Assembly: GCA_021790425.1 (NCBI GenBank)
Contig: JAJYEA010000007.1
Location: 696-64,695 of the forward strand
Length of the DNA stretch: 64,000 nucleotides
Direction of reading: 5' to 3'
Source: Thermoplasmata archaeon
Lineage (GTDB): Archaea; Thermoplasmatota; Thermoplasmata; Lutacidiplasmatales; UBA184
The translations under genes were made by a program, and so were the position numbers. Numbering within the stretch: position 1 is the first letter of the stretch; the number at the start of each line of letters is the position of its first letter. The notes under the pieces were generated by a model. That model did no database searches. It had not been told where the DNA came from and saw only the letters and a list, made by a program, of their open reading frames with translations. Of the stretch, positions 54,247 through 63,146 are shown one piece after another.

Positions 54247-55896
54247 GTGGCGCCGTGGAGGAGGACCGTGGCCCCGAATGATTGGTGGCGGTGGAAGTCG
54301 GGAGGATCACCCTTTCCTGCCCCTCGCGTCCAGTCGGTCCTCCAGTATCTCGTTGAGGTGCTCGGCACGACCCCGCCGTCCCCGCCCAAGGCGAGCCCCG
54401 TCGAGATCCCCGCCGGGAGGTTCCGGGCGGCCACCCTCGGTCCTGTCGCCGTGGACCGTGGGAACGGGTTGCGGCTCCGGTATTCCTACGGCATGTCCTA
54501 CCCCGACCTGCTGGCCCTCCGCCGCGGGCGCGTGGGCCCCGTGACGGACGGCGTCGCCTTCCCGGCCTCGACCGCCGAGGTGGAGGGACTGGTGGCGGCC
54601 GCGCGGGCGGAGGACGTCGCCCTGGTCCCTCGTGGCGGAGGGACCTCCGTGGTGGGCGGGCTTACCCCGGAGTCCGGCTCCCATCGCGCCGTCGTCACGG
54701 TCTCCTTGGAACGGATGAACCGGGTGCTCTCCATCGACCGGCGGGACCGGGTGGGCCGATTCGAGTGCGGCATCCTGGGCCCCGAACTCGAGCGGCATCT
54801 TTCCCAGGAGAAACTCACGCTGGGCCACTTCCCCCAATCGTTCGAGCTATCGACCCTGGGGGGATGGCTGGCGGCCCGTTCCTCGGGCCAGGCATCGACC
54901 CTCTACGGGGATGCCTCGGCGCGCGTGAGGGGGGCAGTGGTCGTGACCCCGGGCGGGACCCTGCGGTGGGACCGCCCGGTCGAGGAGGCGACGGGCCCGC
55001 AGCTCCAGGACCTCCTCGTGGGGAGCGAGGGGACGCTCGGCATCTTCACGGAGGCCACGCTGGAGCTCTCCCCTCTGCCGGCCGCTTCGGAGTACCGAGG
55101 GGTACTCTTCCCGGACTGGGACGACGGGCTCCGGGCGTTGCAGGAGGTGGTCCAGCACGGGATCCGCCCCGCGGTCGCCCGCCTCTCGGACGCGGAGGAG
55201 ACCGCCCTGAGCGTCGCGGGCCGTTCCCCCGGTTCGGGGTTCGAGCGGGTCATCGAGCGGGGGTTCCTCCGGGCCAAGGGTACCCGGCTCGAGGGGTCTT
55301 GCCTCGCGATCCTCGGCTATGAGGGGGAGGCCGCGGTCGTCCGGGAGGGCGTCCGCACGATGGCAGCCACGGTCCGGTCGCACCACGGGGTGGACGTCGG
55401 CGAAGGGGTGGGGGAGTCCTGGCGCAGGGACCGCTTCCTCGTGCCGTCGCTCCGGGACGATCTGATGGACCGCGGGTGGATGGTCGAGACCCTGGAGACC
55501 GGGGGGGCATGGAAGACCCTTCCGGCGATCTACGCCGCCGTGCGGAAGGCCCTGCACGAGCGCGCCGCGAAGAGCAAGGTCGCGCTCCACGTCGGGACCC
55601 ATCTCTCGCATGCCGTTCCTACCGGGGGGTGCCTGTACTTCACGCTTATCGCCCCCCAGCCTCCGGACCAGTTCGACGAGCCCCTGGCCGGGCTCAAGGT
55701 CGCCGCGACGGACGCCATCGTCCGGTCCGGAGGGGCCCTCAGCCATCACCACGGGATCGGGACCATGCATCGCCCGTGGCTGGGGAGCCAGAGGGACGCG
55801 GCGAGCGTCACCCTGCTGCGGGCCGCGAAGAAGGCGTTGGACCCCTCTAGCTTGCTAAATCCTAGCAAGGTATGGCCTGAGGAGGGGGGTCATTGA
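54247..55896 (+). CDS. FAD-linked oxidase, alkyl-DHAP synthase (AGPS)/GlcD-like
   Basis: FAD_binding_4 region (ALVPRGGGTSVVGG). The C-terminal SHHHGIGTMHRPWL...LDPSSLLNPSKVW closely resembles the AGPS HHHGVG...NP tail. GTG start. Confidence 0.8.
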   Translation: MAPWRRTVAPNDWWRWKSGGSPFPAPRVQSVLQYLVEVLGTTPPSPPKASPVEIPAGRFRAATLGPVAVDRGNGLRLRYSYGMSYPDLLALRRGRVGPVTDGVAFPASTAEVEGLVAAARAEDVALVPRGGGTSVVGGLTPESGSHRAVVTVSLERMNRVLSIDRRDRVGRFECGILGPELERHLSQEKLTLGHFPQSFELSTLGGWLAARSSGQASTLYGDASARVRGAVVVTPGGTLRWDRPVEEATGPQLQDLLVGSEGTLGIFTEATLELSPLPAASEYRGVLFPDWDDGLRALQEVVQHGIRPAVARLSDAEETALSVAGRSPGSGFERVIERGFLRAKGTRLEGSCLAILGYEGEAAVVREGVRTMAATVRSHHGVDVGEGVGESWRRDRFLVPSLRDDLMDRGWMVETLETGGAWKTLPAIYAAVRKALHERAAKSKVALHVGTHLSHAVPTGGCLYFTLIAPQPPDQFDEPLAGLKVAATDAIVRSGGALSHHHGIGTMHRPWLGSQRDAASVTLLRAAKKALDPSSLLNPSKVWPEEGGH

Positions 55897-57446
55897 CAGG
55901 TAACGGTGGGCATGGCCGCTCGGATCTCCTAGACCGTCTCGAGCGGGACACGTTCGACATGGTCGTGGTCGGCGGCGGGATCACGGGGGCCGCGATCGCC
56001 CGTCGGGCAGCGCGCGAGGGATACTCGGTGGCCCTCCTAGAGCGCAACGACTTCGGTTCCGGCACGACGAGCGCGTCCTCGAAGATGCTGCACGGGGGAC
56101 TGCGCTATCTGGAGCACGGTCACCTCCGCCTCGTCCGGGAGGCGCTCCACGAGCGGGGCGAGCTCGTGCGTTCCCTCGGGAAATCGCGGGTCGCCGTGGT
56201 GCCCTTCCTCCTTCCGGTCTATGGCGGGCGCTGGCGCGAGTGGCGTCTCCGTTTCGGCACCTGGCTCTACCAGCATCTCTCCGGGGAGCTGGCGCTGGGG
56301 CCGCGGAGCGTGCTTTCGCCGGCCGAGACGCTGAAGGTGGTACCCCCGTTGAACCCCCAGGGGCTCTCGCGGGGGATCCTCTACTACGAGGGGGTCGTCG
56401 ACGACGCGCTCCTGACGGTGCACGTGGTCGAGGAGGCCGTCCTCGCGGGCGCGGTGGCGGTGAACCACGTGGAGGTGATGCGCCCCACCCTCACGGCGGG
56501 GCGGATCACGGGGCTGGCCTACCGGGACTTCCTGGGGGGCCGGACCGGGGAGGTCAAGGCCCGCGGGGTGGTGAACGCGGCCGGGGTCTGGTCGCGCGGA
56601 TGGGCGGGGGACTGGCGAACCCCGGAGCTCCGCCCCTCGAAGGGCGTTCACCTCGTCTTCTACCGCAAGCGCCTCCCGCTCGACGCCGCCGTCGTCATGG
56701 ACGCCGGAGACGGGCGGTGGGTTTTCGCGCTCCCGTACGGCCGGCTGGTCGTGGTGGGCACCACCGACACGGCCTTCAACGGGAACCCGGACACGGTGCG
56801 TCCCGAGGTCGAGGACGTGCGCTACCTCCTCCAGGTCGTGAACTCCACTTTCCCCCAGGCCCGGGTGCGGGCCCAGGACATCGTGGACGTCTTCGCCGGG
56901 CTCCGACCCCTCCTGCGGGGTTCCGGCAACTCGACCTCCGACCTCTCTCGGGAGTATGCCATCCATCAGGACCCGAGCGGGCTCATCACGGTCGTGGGAG
57001 GGAAGCTGACGACCCACGGCGCCATGGCGGAGAAGGCGCTCGAGGCCTGGCAGCACGACCATCCCCTCCCCCCCACAGCCCGGTCCCTTGCGCGAGGGGG
57101 AGAGCCCCCGGACGAGATCCCCTGGCCGGGGAGCGAGATCATCCTCAGCATCTGGCCCCCGGGAAGCGACGGTTGGAGGTCTGACGTGGAGCAGATCGCG
57201 CGGCGCGCGCTCGCGCGACTCAACCCGGCGACCCTGGCGGACGTCATCGACCGCCGCCTCCATCTCCTGAACAAGCTGGACCCGGACTTCGAGCAGGCCC
57301 TGGACGAGCTGGCCGTTATCACGGGGAAGGCGCTGGGGTGGTCGGCGGAGCGGGAGGCCACCGAGAAGCGCCAGTATCGGGAGCGCGCGTCGTGGCTGAC
57401 CGAGAGCGTTCACCTGTGTCGTGAGCAAGAGGCCCGAGCCGCGTGA
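55893..57446 (+). CDS. glpA: FAD-dependent glycerol-3-phosphate dehydrogenase (GlpA/GlpD family)
   Basis: VVVGGGITGAAIARRAAREGYSVALLE and GGLRYLEHG; TTGA overlap with the upstream gene. Confidence 0.85.
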   Translation: MTGNGGHGRSDLLDRLERDTFDMVVVGGGITGAAIARRAAREGYSVALLERNDFGSGTTSASSKMLHGGLRYLEHGHLRLVREALHERGELVRSLGKSRVAVVPFLLPVYGGRWREWRLRFGTWLYQHLSGELALGPRSVLSPAETLKVVPPLNPQGLSRGILYYEGVVDDALLTVHVVEEAVLAGAVAVNHVEVMRPTLTAGRITGLAYRDFLGGRTGEVKARGVVNAAGVWSRGWAGDWRTPELRPSKGVHLVFYRKRLPLDAAVVMDAGDGRWVFALPYGRLVVVGTTDTAFNGNPDTVRPEVEDVRYLLQVVNSTFPQARVRAQDIVDVFAGLRPLLRGSGNSTSDLSREYAIHQDPSGLITVVGGKLTTHGAMAEKALEAWQHDHPLPPTARSLARGGEPPDEIPWPGSEIILSIWPPGSDGWRSDVEQIARRALARLNPATLADVIDRRLHLLNKLDPDFEQALDELAVITGKALGWSAEREATEKRQYRERASWLTESVHLCREQEARAA

Positions 57447-58363
57447 CGACGCTCTTCCTCGTCAATCCGTACGCCGGCGGGGGCCGATGCCTCGCCGCCT
57501 GGCGACAGGTCGCGCCCATCGCCGAGGCCCATTTCCCGGGCGCGCGGACGGTCTACACCTCCCGGGCCGGGGAGGAGTCCACCGTCGCCGCGGACGTGCG
57601 CCGGGAGGGGGGCGTGGACCTCCTGGTGACCGTGGGCGGTGACGGGACCTTCCATGGGGTTGTGAACGGTCTCCTGGGCGAGGGCTTGCCCCCCTTCCGG
57701 ACCGGCTTCGCGGTCGCTCCGCTGCCGCTGGGTACCGGGGGAGATTTCGCGCGGGGGCTGGGGTACCCGGCGGAGCCCGCCGCCGCGCTGGACATGCTCG
57801 TCGCAGCGCGCAGGACCTACGTCGATGTCGGCAAGATCACCTTCGGCGGCGAGAGCCCCGGGCGGGTCCGGTACTGGGTGAACCAGTCCTACGTGGGGCT
57901 GGGGGCGAAGGTGGTCGATCGCGTCAACCGCGCCCCCCGTTGGAGGGGCGGGCACTCGTACGTGTTCTCCTCCCTGCTCGAGGCGATGCGGGCCCATCCG
58001 CTCGAGGTCGAGCTCGATGGCGACGGGGCGGTGAAGGTGCCCACGCGGCTGGTGAACATGATCGTCGCGAACGGACGCTACTCCGGGAAGGGGATGCTCA
58101 CTTCCCCCTCGTCGAACCCCTCCGACGGCACGTTCGAGGTGATCACCATCGACCCCATGTCCCGGCTCAAGCTTCTCCGTGGGCTCCAGAAGTTCCGGGA
58201 CGGAAGCTACCTCCAGCTTCCCGGCGTGAAGCAGTGGCGCGCCCGGTCTCTCCTCATCGAGGGGAAGGGGGAATTAGTGGAGGCGGACGGTGAAATAGTG
58301 GGCAATCTCCCGGCGCGATACGAGATTTTACCCAGGGCGCTCCAGATCCTGGCTCCGCCGTAG
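57443..58363 (+). CDS. Diacylglycerol-kinase-catalytic-domain lipid kinase (YegS/BmrU-like)
   Basis: LFLVNPYAGGG...LLVTVGGDGTFHGVVNGL is the DAGK_cat signature; its start overlaps the glpA stop. Confidence 0.8.
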   Translation: MTTLFLVNPYAGGGRCLAAWRQVAPIAEAHFPGARTVYTSRAGEESTVAADVRREGGVDLLVTVGGDGTFHGVVNGLLGEGLPPFRTGFAVAPLPLGTGGDFARGLGYPAEPAAALDMLVAARRTYVDVGKITFGGESPGRVRYWVNQSYVGLGAKVVDRVNRAPRWRGGHSYVFSSLLEAMRAHPLEVELDGDGAVKVPTRLVNMIVANGRYSGKGMLTSPSSNPSDGTFEVITIDPMSRLKLLRGLQKFRDGSYLQLPGVKQWRARSLLIEGKGELVEADGEIVGNLPARYEILPRALQILAPP

Positions 58364-58384
58364 CGGTAGGGGATATTTCAAGAG

Positions 58385-58411
58385 TTTAAATTCGGCCAAG
58401 CATTTATATTC
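58385..58411 (+). promoter_or_regulatory. Two TATA-like boxes (tttaaatt, tttatatt) in the divergent intergenic region upstream of the ArsR-like gene
   Basis: AT-rich 80-nt island in otherwise ~65% GC DNA, 35-60 nt before the ATG at 58447. Confidence 0.4.
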
Positions 58412-58446
58412 TTTTCACTTAGTTAAATGGCCACAGTAGGGCGACC

Positions 58447-59097
58447 ATGGGCGCATTGGAAACACTCTTGGGCGAGGGCACGAAGGGGAGGATACTCGAG
58501 GAACTCTTGGATGGGGGCCGGACCACCCGGGAGCTGGCAGCGATGCTCAAGATCCGGGAGAGCGCGGTGCGGATGCACCTGGAGCGCATGGTCGAGATGG
58601 GCTTGCTCACCTCGAGCTTCCATCGCGAGGGCATCGGCCGGCCCCGCAAGAAGTTCTTCCTGACGCCCTCGGGCCACGAGCTCTTCGCGCGGCGCTACGA
58701 CCTCGCGCTCGACACCCTGGTGGAGTCCATGATCGACAAGGAGGGGGAACCCTTCGTGCGGTCCGTCTTCACGGACGCCGGGAAGCGGCTGGCCGAGAAG
58801 ATGAGCAAGGACCTGCCCTACGTCGCGTCCGGGGCGCCGTACGAGGAGCGCCTCCAGGCCGTGCTCCGGCTCATGAACGTCCTGGGCCAGCGGGCCAAGG
58901 TCGTCAAGGTCAACGGGAAGACCTGCATCGAGAGCCACAACTGCATCTTCCGCACCTCGGCCGGGAAGCACCCGAACTACTTCTGCGACCTGATGCACAA
59001 GGGGATGGTCGAGAAGGTGCTCAGCCCGACGAAGGTCGAGCTCCCCGAGACGATCGCGAAGGGCGCGAAGAACTGCCTCTTCGTGCTCCCGAGCTAG
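58447..59097 (+). CDS. ArsR-family HTH regulator fused to a Cys-rich C-terminal domain
   Basis: Winged-helix RILEELLDGGRTTRELAAMLKIRESAVRMHLERMVEMGLL, then KTCIESHNCIF...NYFCDL...NCLF. Two TATA-like boxes lie upstream. Confidence 0.65.
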   Translation: MGALETLLGEGTKGRILEELLDGGRTTRELAAMLKIRESAVRMHLERMVEMGLLTSSFHREGIGRPRKKFFLTPSGHELFARRYDLALDTLVESMIDKEGEPFVRSVFTDAGKRLAEKMSKDLPYVASGAPYEERLQAVLRLMNVLGQRAKVVKVNGKTCIESHNCIFRTSAGKHPNYFCDLMHKGMVEKVLSPTKVELPETIAKGAKNCLFVLPS

Positions 59098-59125
59098 CGA
59101 GAAAGAGGGGGGGCGCCGGGCACCG

Positions 59126-60556
59126 TCACAGGTGCCAGGTGGGCCCCCCATAGCCGTCCGGCAGCGGAGGGGGGCTCCCTCCGTCCAGCGGTCCGGGCCG
59201 TGGTGTCGGGGGGCGGCCCCGCTTCCGGGCGAGATAGGCGTCGATGGCCTCGGCGACCTTCGCTCCGGCTCCCATGGCATACACGATGGACCTTCCCCCG
59301 CCCGCGAAGATCCCCTCCACGTCGGTCATCCAGTCGTCCCGACGTCCCTCGGGCCCTCCCGGCACTCGGGTGGCCAGATTGAGCTCGGTGGGGAGTCCTG
59401 CGAGATCGGCCCTTTCCCCGACGGCCTCGATGATGGTGTCGCATGCGATGGTGGTCTCGGAGCCAGGGACCACCACCTGGGTGGGCTTGCCCTTGTCGTC
59501 CAGCGGGCCGGTGGACACGGATTGGACCACGACCCCTTCGACGTGGCCCTCCCCCACGATCCGCACGGGGGTGCGTTCGAAGAGGAAGCGGACCCCTTCC
59601 TCCTCCGCGCCCCGGAGCTCCTCCTCCCCCGCGGGCATCTCCTCCCGCTTCCGGCGGTAGATGACCGTGACCTCCCCCTTCCGTGACAGGCGGAGGCTCG
59701 AGCGTGCCGCATCCATGGCGACGTCCCCGCCACCGATCACGACCACGCGACGCCCCATCCGTCCCAGGAGACCCTGGGGGCCGGTGTTCGTCGCGATGAG
59801 GAAGGGCAACGCCAGGAAGACGCCGGGGAGCGCCTCCCCGTCGAGCCCGAGGCGGCGGGGGTCCACGGTCCCGATGGCCACGTAGACGGCGAGGTATCCC
59901 TCGCTGAGGAGTCCCTCCGGGGTGAAATCCCGGCCGGCCTTCCGGCCCATCCGGAAGGTGATGTCCAGCTGGGAGAAGCGGGCGAGATCGGTGGAGAGTT
60001 CGGTCCCGTCGAGGTGATACTTCGGTATCGACTCGATCTCTCCCCCGACGTACTCTTCCGACTCGAAGACGGTGACGGAGTAGCCCCGCAGCGCGAGGTC
60101 CCACGCGGCGGCGAGGCCTGCCGGCCCGGCACCCACGATGGCCACCCGCTCGTGCTTCGGAGCGCTCGGACGGTAGGCCTCCGGGCTCGCCCCGAATTCG
60201 AGCGCGGCCCGTTTCAGGTGGCGGATGGCGATGGGGACCCCCCGTTCGCCCATGATGCAGTCCTCCTCGCAGTAGTGGTAGCAGGTCTTGCAGAGGACCG
60301 TGGCCAGGGGATTGTCCCGGACGGTGAGACGCGCGGCCTCGTCGAACTTCTTCTCCCCGATCAGGCGGATGTACCCGCGGCAGTCCTGGGTGATCGGGCA
60401 GGCCTGCACGCAGAAGGGCATCGCACACTGGAGGCACCGCTGGGCCTCCAGTACGGCCTCCTCCCGGCTGTACGGGCGCAGGATGCCCCCGAAGGTGGTC
60501 CGGCGTTCCTCCCGGTTCTCTTCCGGGATCGGAGTTCGGATATACCGCCCGGGCAC
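59126..60556 (-). CDS. GltD-family NAD(P)H-dependent FeS/FAD oxidoreductase (glutamate synthase small-subunit-like / SudA / NfnB-like)
   Basis: Two Cys clusters (CLQCAMPFCVQACP, CKTCYHYCEEDC), an FAD site VAIVGAGPAGLAAA and an NAD(P) site VVVIGGGDVAMD. A GTG start at VPGRYIRT is inferred. Confidence 0.85.
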   Translation of the reverse strand: MPGRYIRTPIPEENREERRTTFGGILRPYSREEAVLEAQRCLQCAMPFCVQACPITQDCRGYIRLIGEKKFDEAARLTVRDNPLATVLCKTCYHYCEEDCIMGERGVPIAIRHLKRAALEFGASPEAYRPSAPKHERVAIVGAGPAGLAAAWDLALRGYSVTVFESEEYVGGEIESIPKYHLDGTELSTDLARFSQLDITFRMGRKAGRDFTPEGLLSEGYLAVYVAIGTVDPRRLGLDGEALPGVFLALPFLIATNTGPQGLLGRMGRRVVVIGGGDVAMDAARSSLRLSRKGEVTVIYRRKREEMPAGEEELRGAEEEGVRFLFERTPVRIVGEGHVEGVVVQSVSTGPLDDKGKPTQVVVPGSETTIACDTIIEAVGERADLAGLPTELNLATRVPGGPEGRRDDWMTDVEGIFAGGGRSIVYAMGAGAKVAEAIDAYLARKRGRPPTPRPGPLDGGSPPPLPDGYGGPTWHL

Positions 60557-60569
60557 CCGCCTGCCTCCT

Positions 60570-61298
60570 TCAGCGCTTGCGGGGGGCGCGACCCTTGCGT
60601 CCGGGGCCCACCCACGAACCTTCGAACTCCTGACCCTCGAGCGCAGCCTCGAGGTTCTCGAGGTTGCGGCCATCGACGACCGCGAGCGGTATTCGCGATC
60701 GGGCGACGGACCGGGCGCCGAGCGCATCGAAGACGAAGTGCTGGCCGGCCGTGCCCTCCGTGTGGACGCGGACCCACTCGGCGAACTCAGCGAAGCCCAT
60801 GTGGTCCACGAACGGGGCGCGGGGGTTGACCCGCGGGTCCTCGGCGTAGAATCCCTTGACGTTCGTGGCGTTGACGATCAGACCCGCGTGGATGCGCTCC
60901 GCGAGGAGGGAGGCCACCGCGTCCGTCGTGTGGCTCGGCTCCGTCCCGCCCATGACGACGATCGGCCACCGCGCCACCGCCTCGGCCGCCTCCGTCAGCG
61001 TGCCGGGAGGGGAGGAGGGGGCATCGGGACCGAGCAGGTGGGCCAGGAGCCGGGCGTGGAGCCGGGTGATGGCGATCCCGAGCTCATCGAGCTCGACCTC
61101 GTTCAGTCCGAGATCCCGGCCGAGATCGATGTACTGGCGGGCGGTGGGACCACCCCCTACCACGACCGCGAGGGGTCGTCGCGCGGCCACGCGTACGAGG
61201 ACCTCGGCGAGGGATTCCAGATACTTCCGATCGTTGTCCCCTCGAAGGAGCACGGAACCTCCGAGCGAGAGCACGACCGGAGGGGCGAGGTGAGGCAT
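60570..61298 (-). CDS. pyrH: Uridylate (UMP) kinase, archaeal type
   Basis: Amino-acid-kinase fold VVLSLGGSVL...VVVGGG...VVMGGTEPSHTTD; the start is taken at MPHLAPP. Confidence 0.8.
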   Translation of the reverse strand: MPHLAPPVVLSLGGSVLLRGDNDRKYLESLAEVLVRVAARRPLAVVVGGGPTARQYIDLGRDLGLNEVELDELGIAITRLHARLLAHLLGPDAPSSPPGTLTEAAEAVARWPIVVMGGTEPSHTTDAVASLLAERIHAGLIVNATNVKGFYAEDPRVNPRAPFVDHMGFAEFAEWVRVHTEGTAGQHFVFDALGARSVARSRIPLAVVDGRNLENLEAALEGQEFEGSWVGPGRKGRAPRKR

Positions 61299-61420
61299 GC
61301 CGCTGAAGATGGGCCCGGAGTATATACGGTGCTCGAAGCGCACGCGTCGGGGGACGCCGCGGAGCCCCCTTCCGAGCCTGCCGCCCCTTCGCTTATGAGC
61401 CCGGCGGCTCTCGAAGGCAC

Positions 61421-62209
61421 ATGCCCTCCGTCAGCCTGGCCGAAGCGAAGGCTCTCAGCGCGCGCGCCGCCGTGGGACTCGTGCGGGAACGGGAAGTAGT
61501 CGCGGTCGGGAGCGGAAGCACCGTGGAGCTCGCGCTCGAGGAGATCGCCCGGCGGTTCGCGGAGGATGTCCGCCCTACCGTCGTGGTCGCCTCCCGCAAG
61601 GCGGAAGAGGTCGCCCGCCGGGTCGGCCTTCGGATGAGCTCGATCGAGAAGGTGCACCAGTTCCGCCTCATGCTCGACGGAGCTGACGAGGTCACCCCGT
61701 CCCTTTCCCTCATCAAGGGAGGCGGGGGGGCCCACTTCCGGGAGAAGCTCCTTGCCCGGATGAGCGAGAACCTGACCATCATGGTCGACTACTCGAAGCT
61801 GGTGCGACGCCTGGGGGAGAACACGCCCCTCCCGCTCGAGGTCGTCCCATTCGCCCTTCCGCTCGTCGAGCGTTCCGTGGCCCCGCTGGGGCTCTCACCC
61901 TCCGTGCGCATGGACCCGAACGCGCCCGGGACCCCCTATCGGACGGACAACGGGAATCTCATCCTCGACTGCCGGATCACCCGGGAGCCCGCCGACGAGA
62001 GCGCTCTCGAGACGGCCCTCGCTCACGTCCCCGGCGTCGTGGCGACCGGGCTCTTCATCGGCATGACGAGCCGGGTCCTCGTCGGGATGCCGGACGGACG
62101 AGTGGAGGAATTGCTCCCGGGAGAAGGTCCGGTCCACGGCACCCTTCCCCCTGTCGTCCAAGAGGCGATCTCCGCCCGCCGGGCCCTCGCGAAGACCCAT
62201 CACGGGTGA
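61421..62209 (+). CDS. rpiA: Ribose-5-phosphate isomerase A
   Basis: VVAVGSGSTV, DGADEV, KGGGGAHFREK; ~35-aa C-terminal extension. Confidence 0.88.
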   Translation: MPSVSLAEAKALSARAAVGLVREREVVAVGSGSTVELALEEIARRFAEDVRPTVVVASRKAEEVARRVGLRMSSIEKVHQFRLMLDGADEVTPSLSLIKGGGGAHFREKLLARMSENLTIMVDYSKLVRRLGENTPLPLEVVPFALPLVERSVAPLGLSPSVRMDPNAPGTPYRTDNGNLILDCRITREPADESALETALAHVPGVVATGLFIGMTSRVLVGMPDGRVEELLPGEGPVHGTLPPVVQEAISARRALAKTHHG

Positions 62210-62254
62210 GGCAAGGACCGGGCCGTGGTCCCCCCCTGGCAGGAACGGAGCGGT

Positions 62255-62962
62255 CTACGCGTCCAGGTATGGGTGCGAGGGAAGCGCGAGCATGTGCTCC
62301 TGGAGGGCGAGCGCGTGCTGGGCGGCGGTGACCTCGTCGCAACCGAGGAAAGCCGCGATGCCCTTGACCGTGGTGAGTTGAGCGAACTCGCCGTGCGTGA
62401 GGGACATCGTGGCCCTCCAGGTCTCGTCCTCCTTTGCCCGCCGTAGGCTTTGGGGGCGCGGGGGAAACTCCCGGTCCACGGCCCGCAGGCTGAGCCGGGC
62501 TCCGGTCTGCCGGGCCGTCTCGAAGAGCGCCGCCACCGATGCCTTCGTTCCGGGGAAGAACCGGACCAGCCGTCCGTGGTCGACGATGAAGGTGCACCGC
62601 AGGCATTCGGTCAGGTTCGTCAGGGTCTGATGGAACGGGGAGATCTTGCAGGAGACAGCCAGGAGCACCAGCCCCTTCGACCTCGAGGTCACCATGACCG
62701 ATTGGACCCTCGGTCCCGTGCCCAGCCACCTGACCACGGTATGGGGGCTCACCTCTCCTGCCACCCGCAGGTAGCTGAGCACCAGGTTCGAGCTTGCCGA
62801 AGCGGTGGACAACAGCTCGACGTGGAGCTGAGGATGCTTCTCGGACAGGACCGTGATGGTGCAGTTGTCCTCGGAGGGGGGATGGATCTCCAACCGGTAG
62901 AGCGCTTCCGGGGGTGGGAGCTCGGGCGATGAGGTTTCCAGGGAGTTGTACGTGCGGGTCAT
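62255..62962 (-). CDS. Hypothetical protein, paralog 1 of a tandem pair (possible C-terminal HTH)
   Basis: Starts MTR; it shares LYRLEIHPP...HPQLHVELLST...LSYLRVAG...CK...LTNLTE...LF..ARQTGARLSLR...ALPSHP with the next gene. Confidence 0.55.
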   Translation of the reverse strand: MTRTYNSLETSSPELPPPEALYRLEIHPPSEDNCTITVLSEKHPQLHVELLSTASASSNLVLSYLRVAGEVSPHTVVRWLGTGPRVQSVMVTSRSKGLVLLAVSCKISPFHQTLTNLTECLRCTFIVDHGRLVRFFPGTKASVAALFETARQTGARLSLRAVDREFPPRPQSLRRAKEDETWRATMSLTHGEFAQLTTVKGIAAFLGCDEVTAAQHALALQEHMLALPSHPYLDA

Positions 62963-63146
62963 GTTCTCCCTTTATGGGCGGACGGTAACGGGGCCTGCGC
63001 GGAGGCGACGTGAGTGGGATGTACGCCGCACGCGGGAACCTCTATTCCAATGTAAGCATGTCCTAGAATATACAGGTATTGGTGTAGAAACTGCCTTGGG
63101 CCGCACGGGCCCCCGGGTCGCCCCAGGGGTCGGAGCGCCCGGGGCC

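Noticed and set aside
56037-57428. 463-aa minus-strand ORF
   Set aside because: Antisense of glpA.
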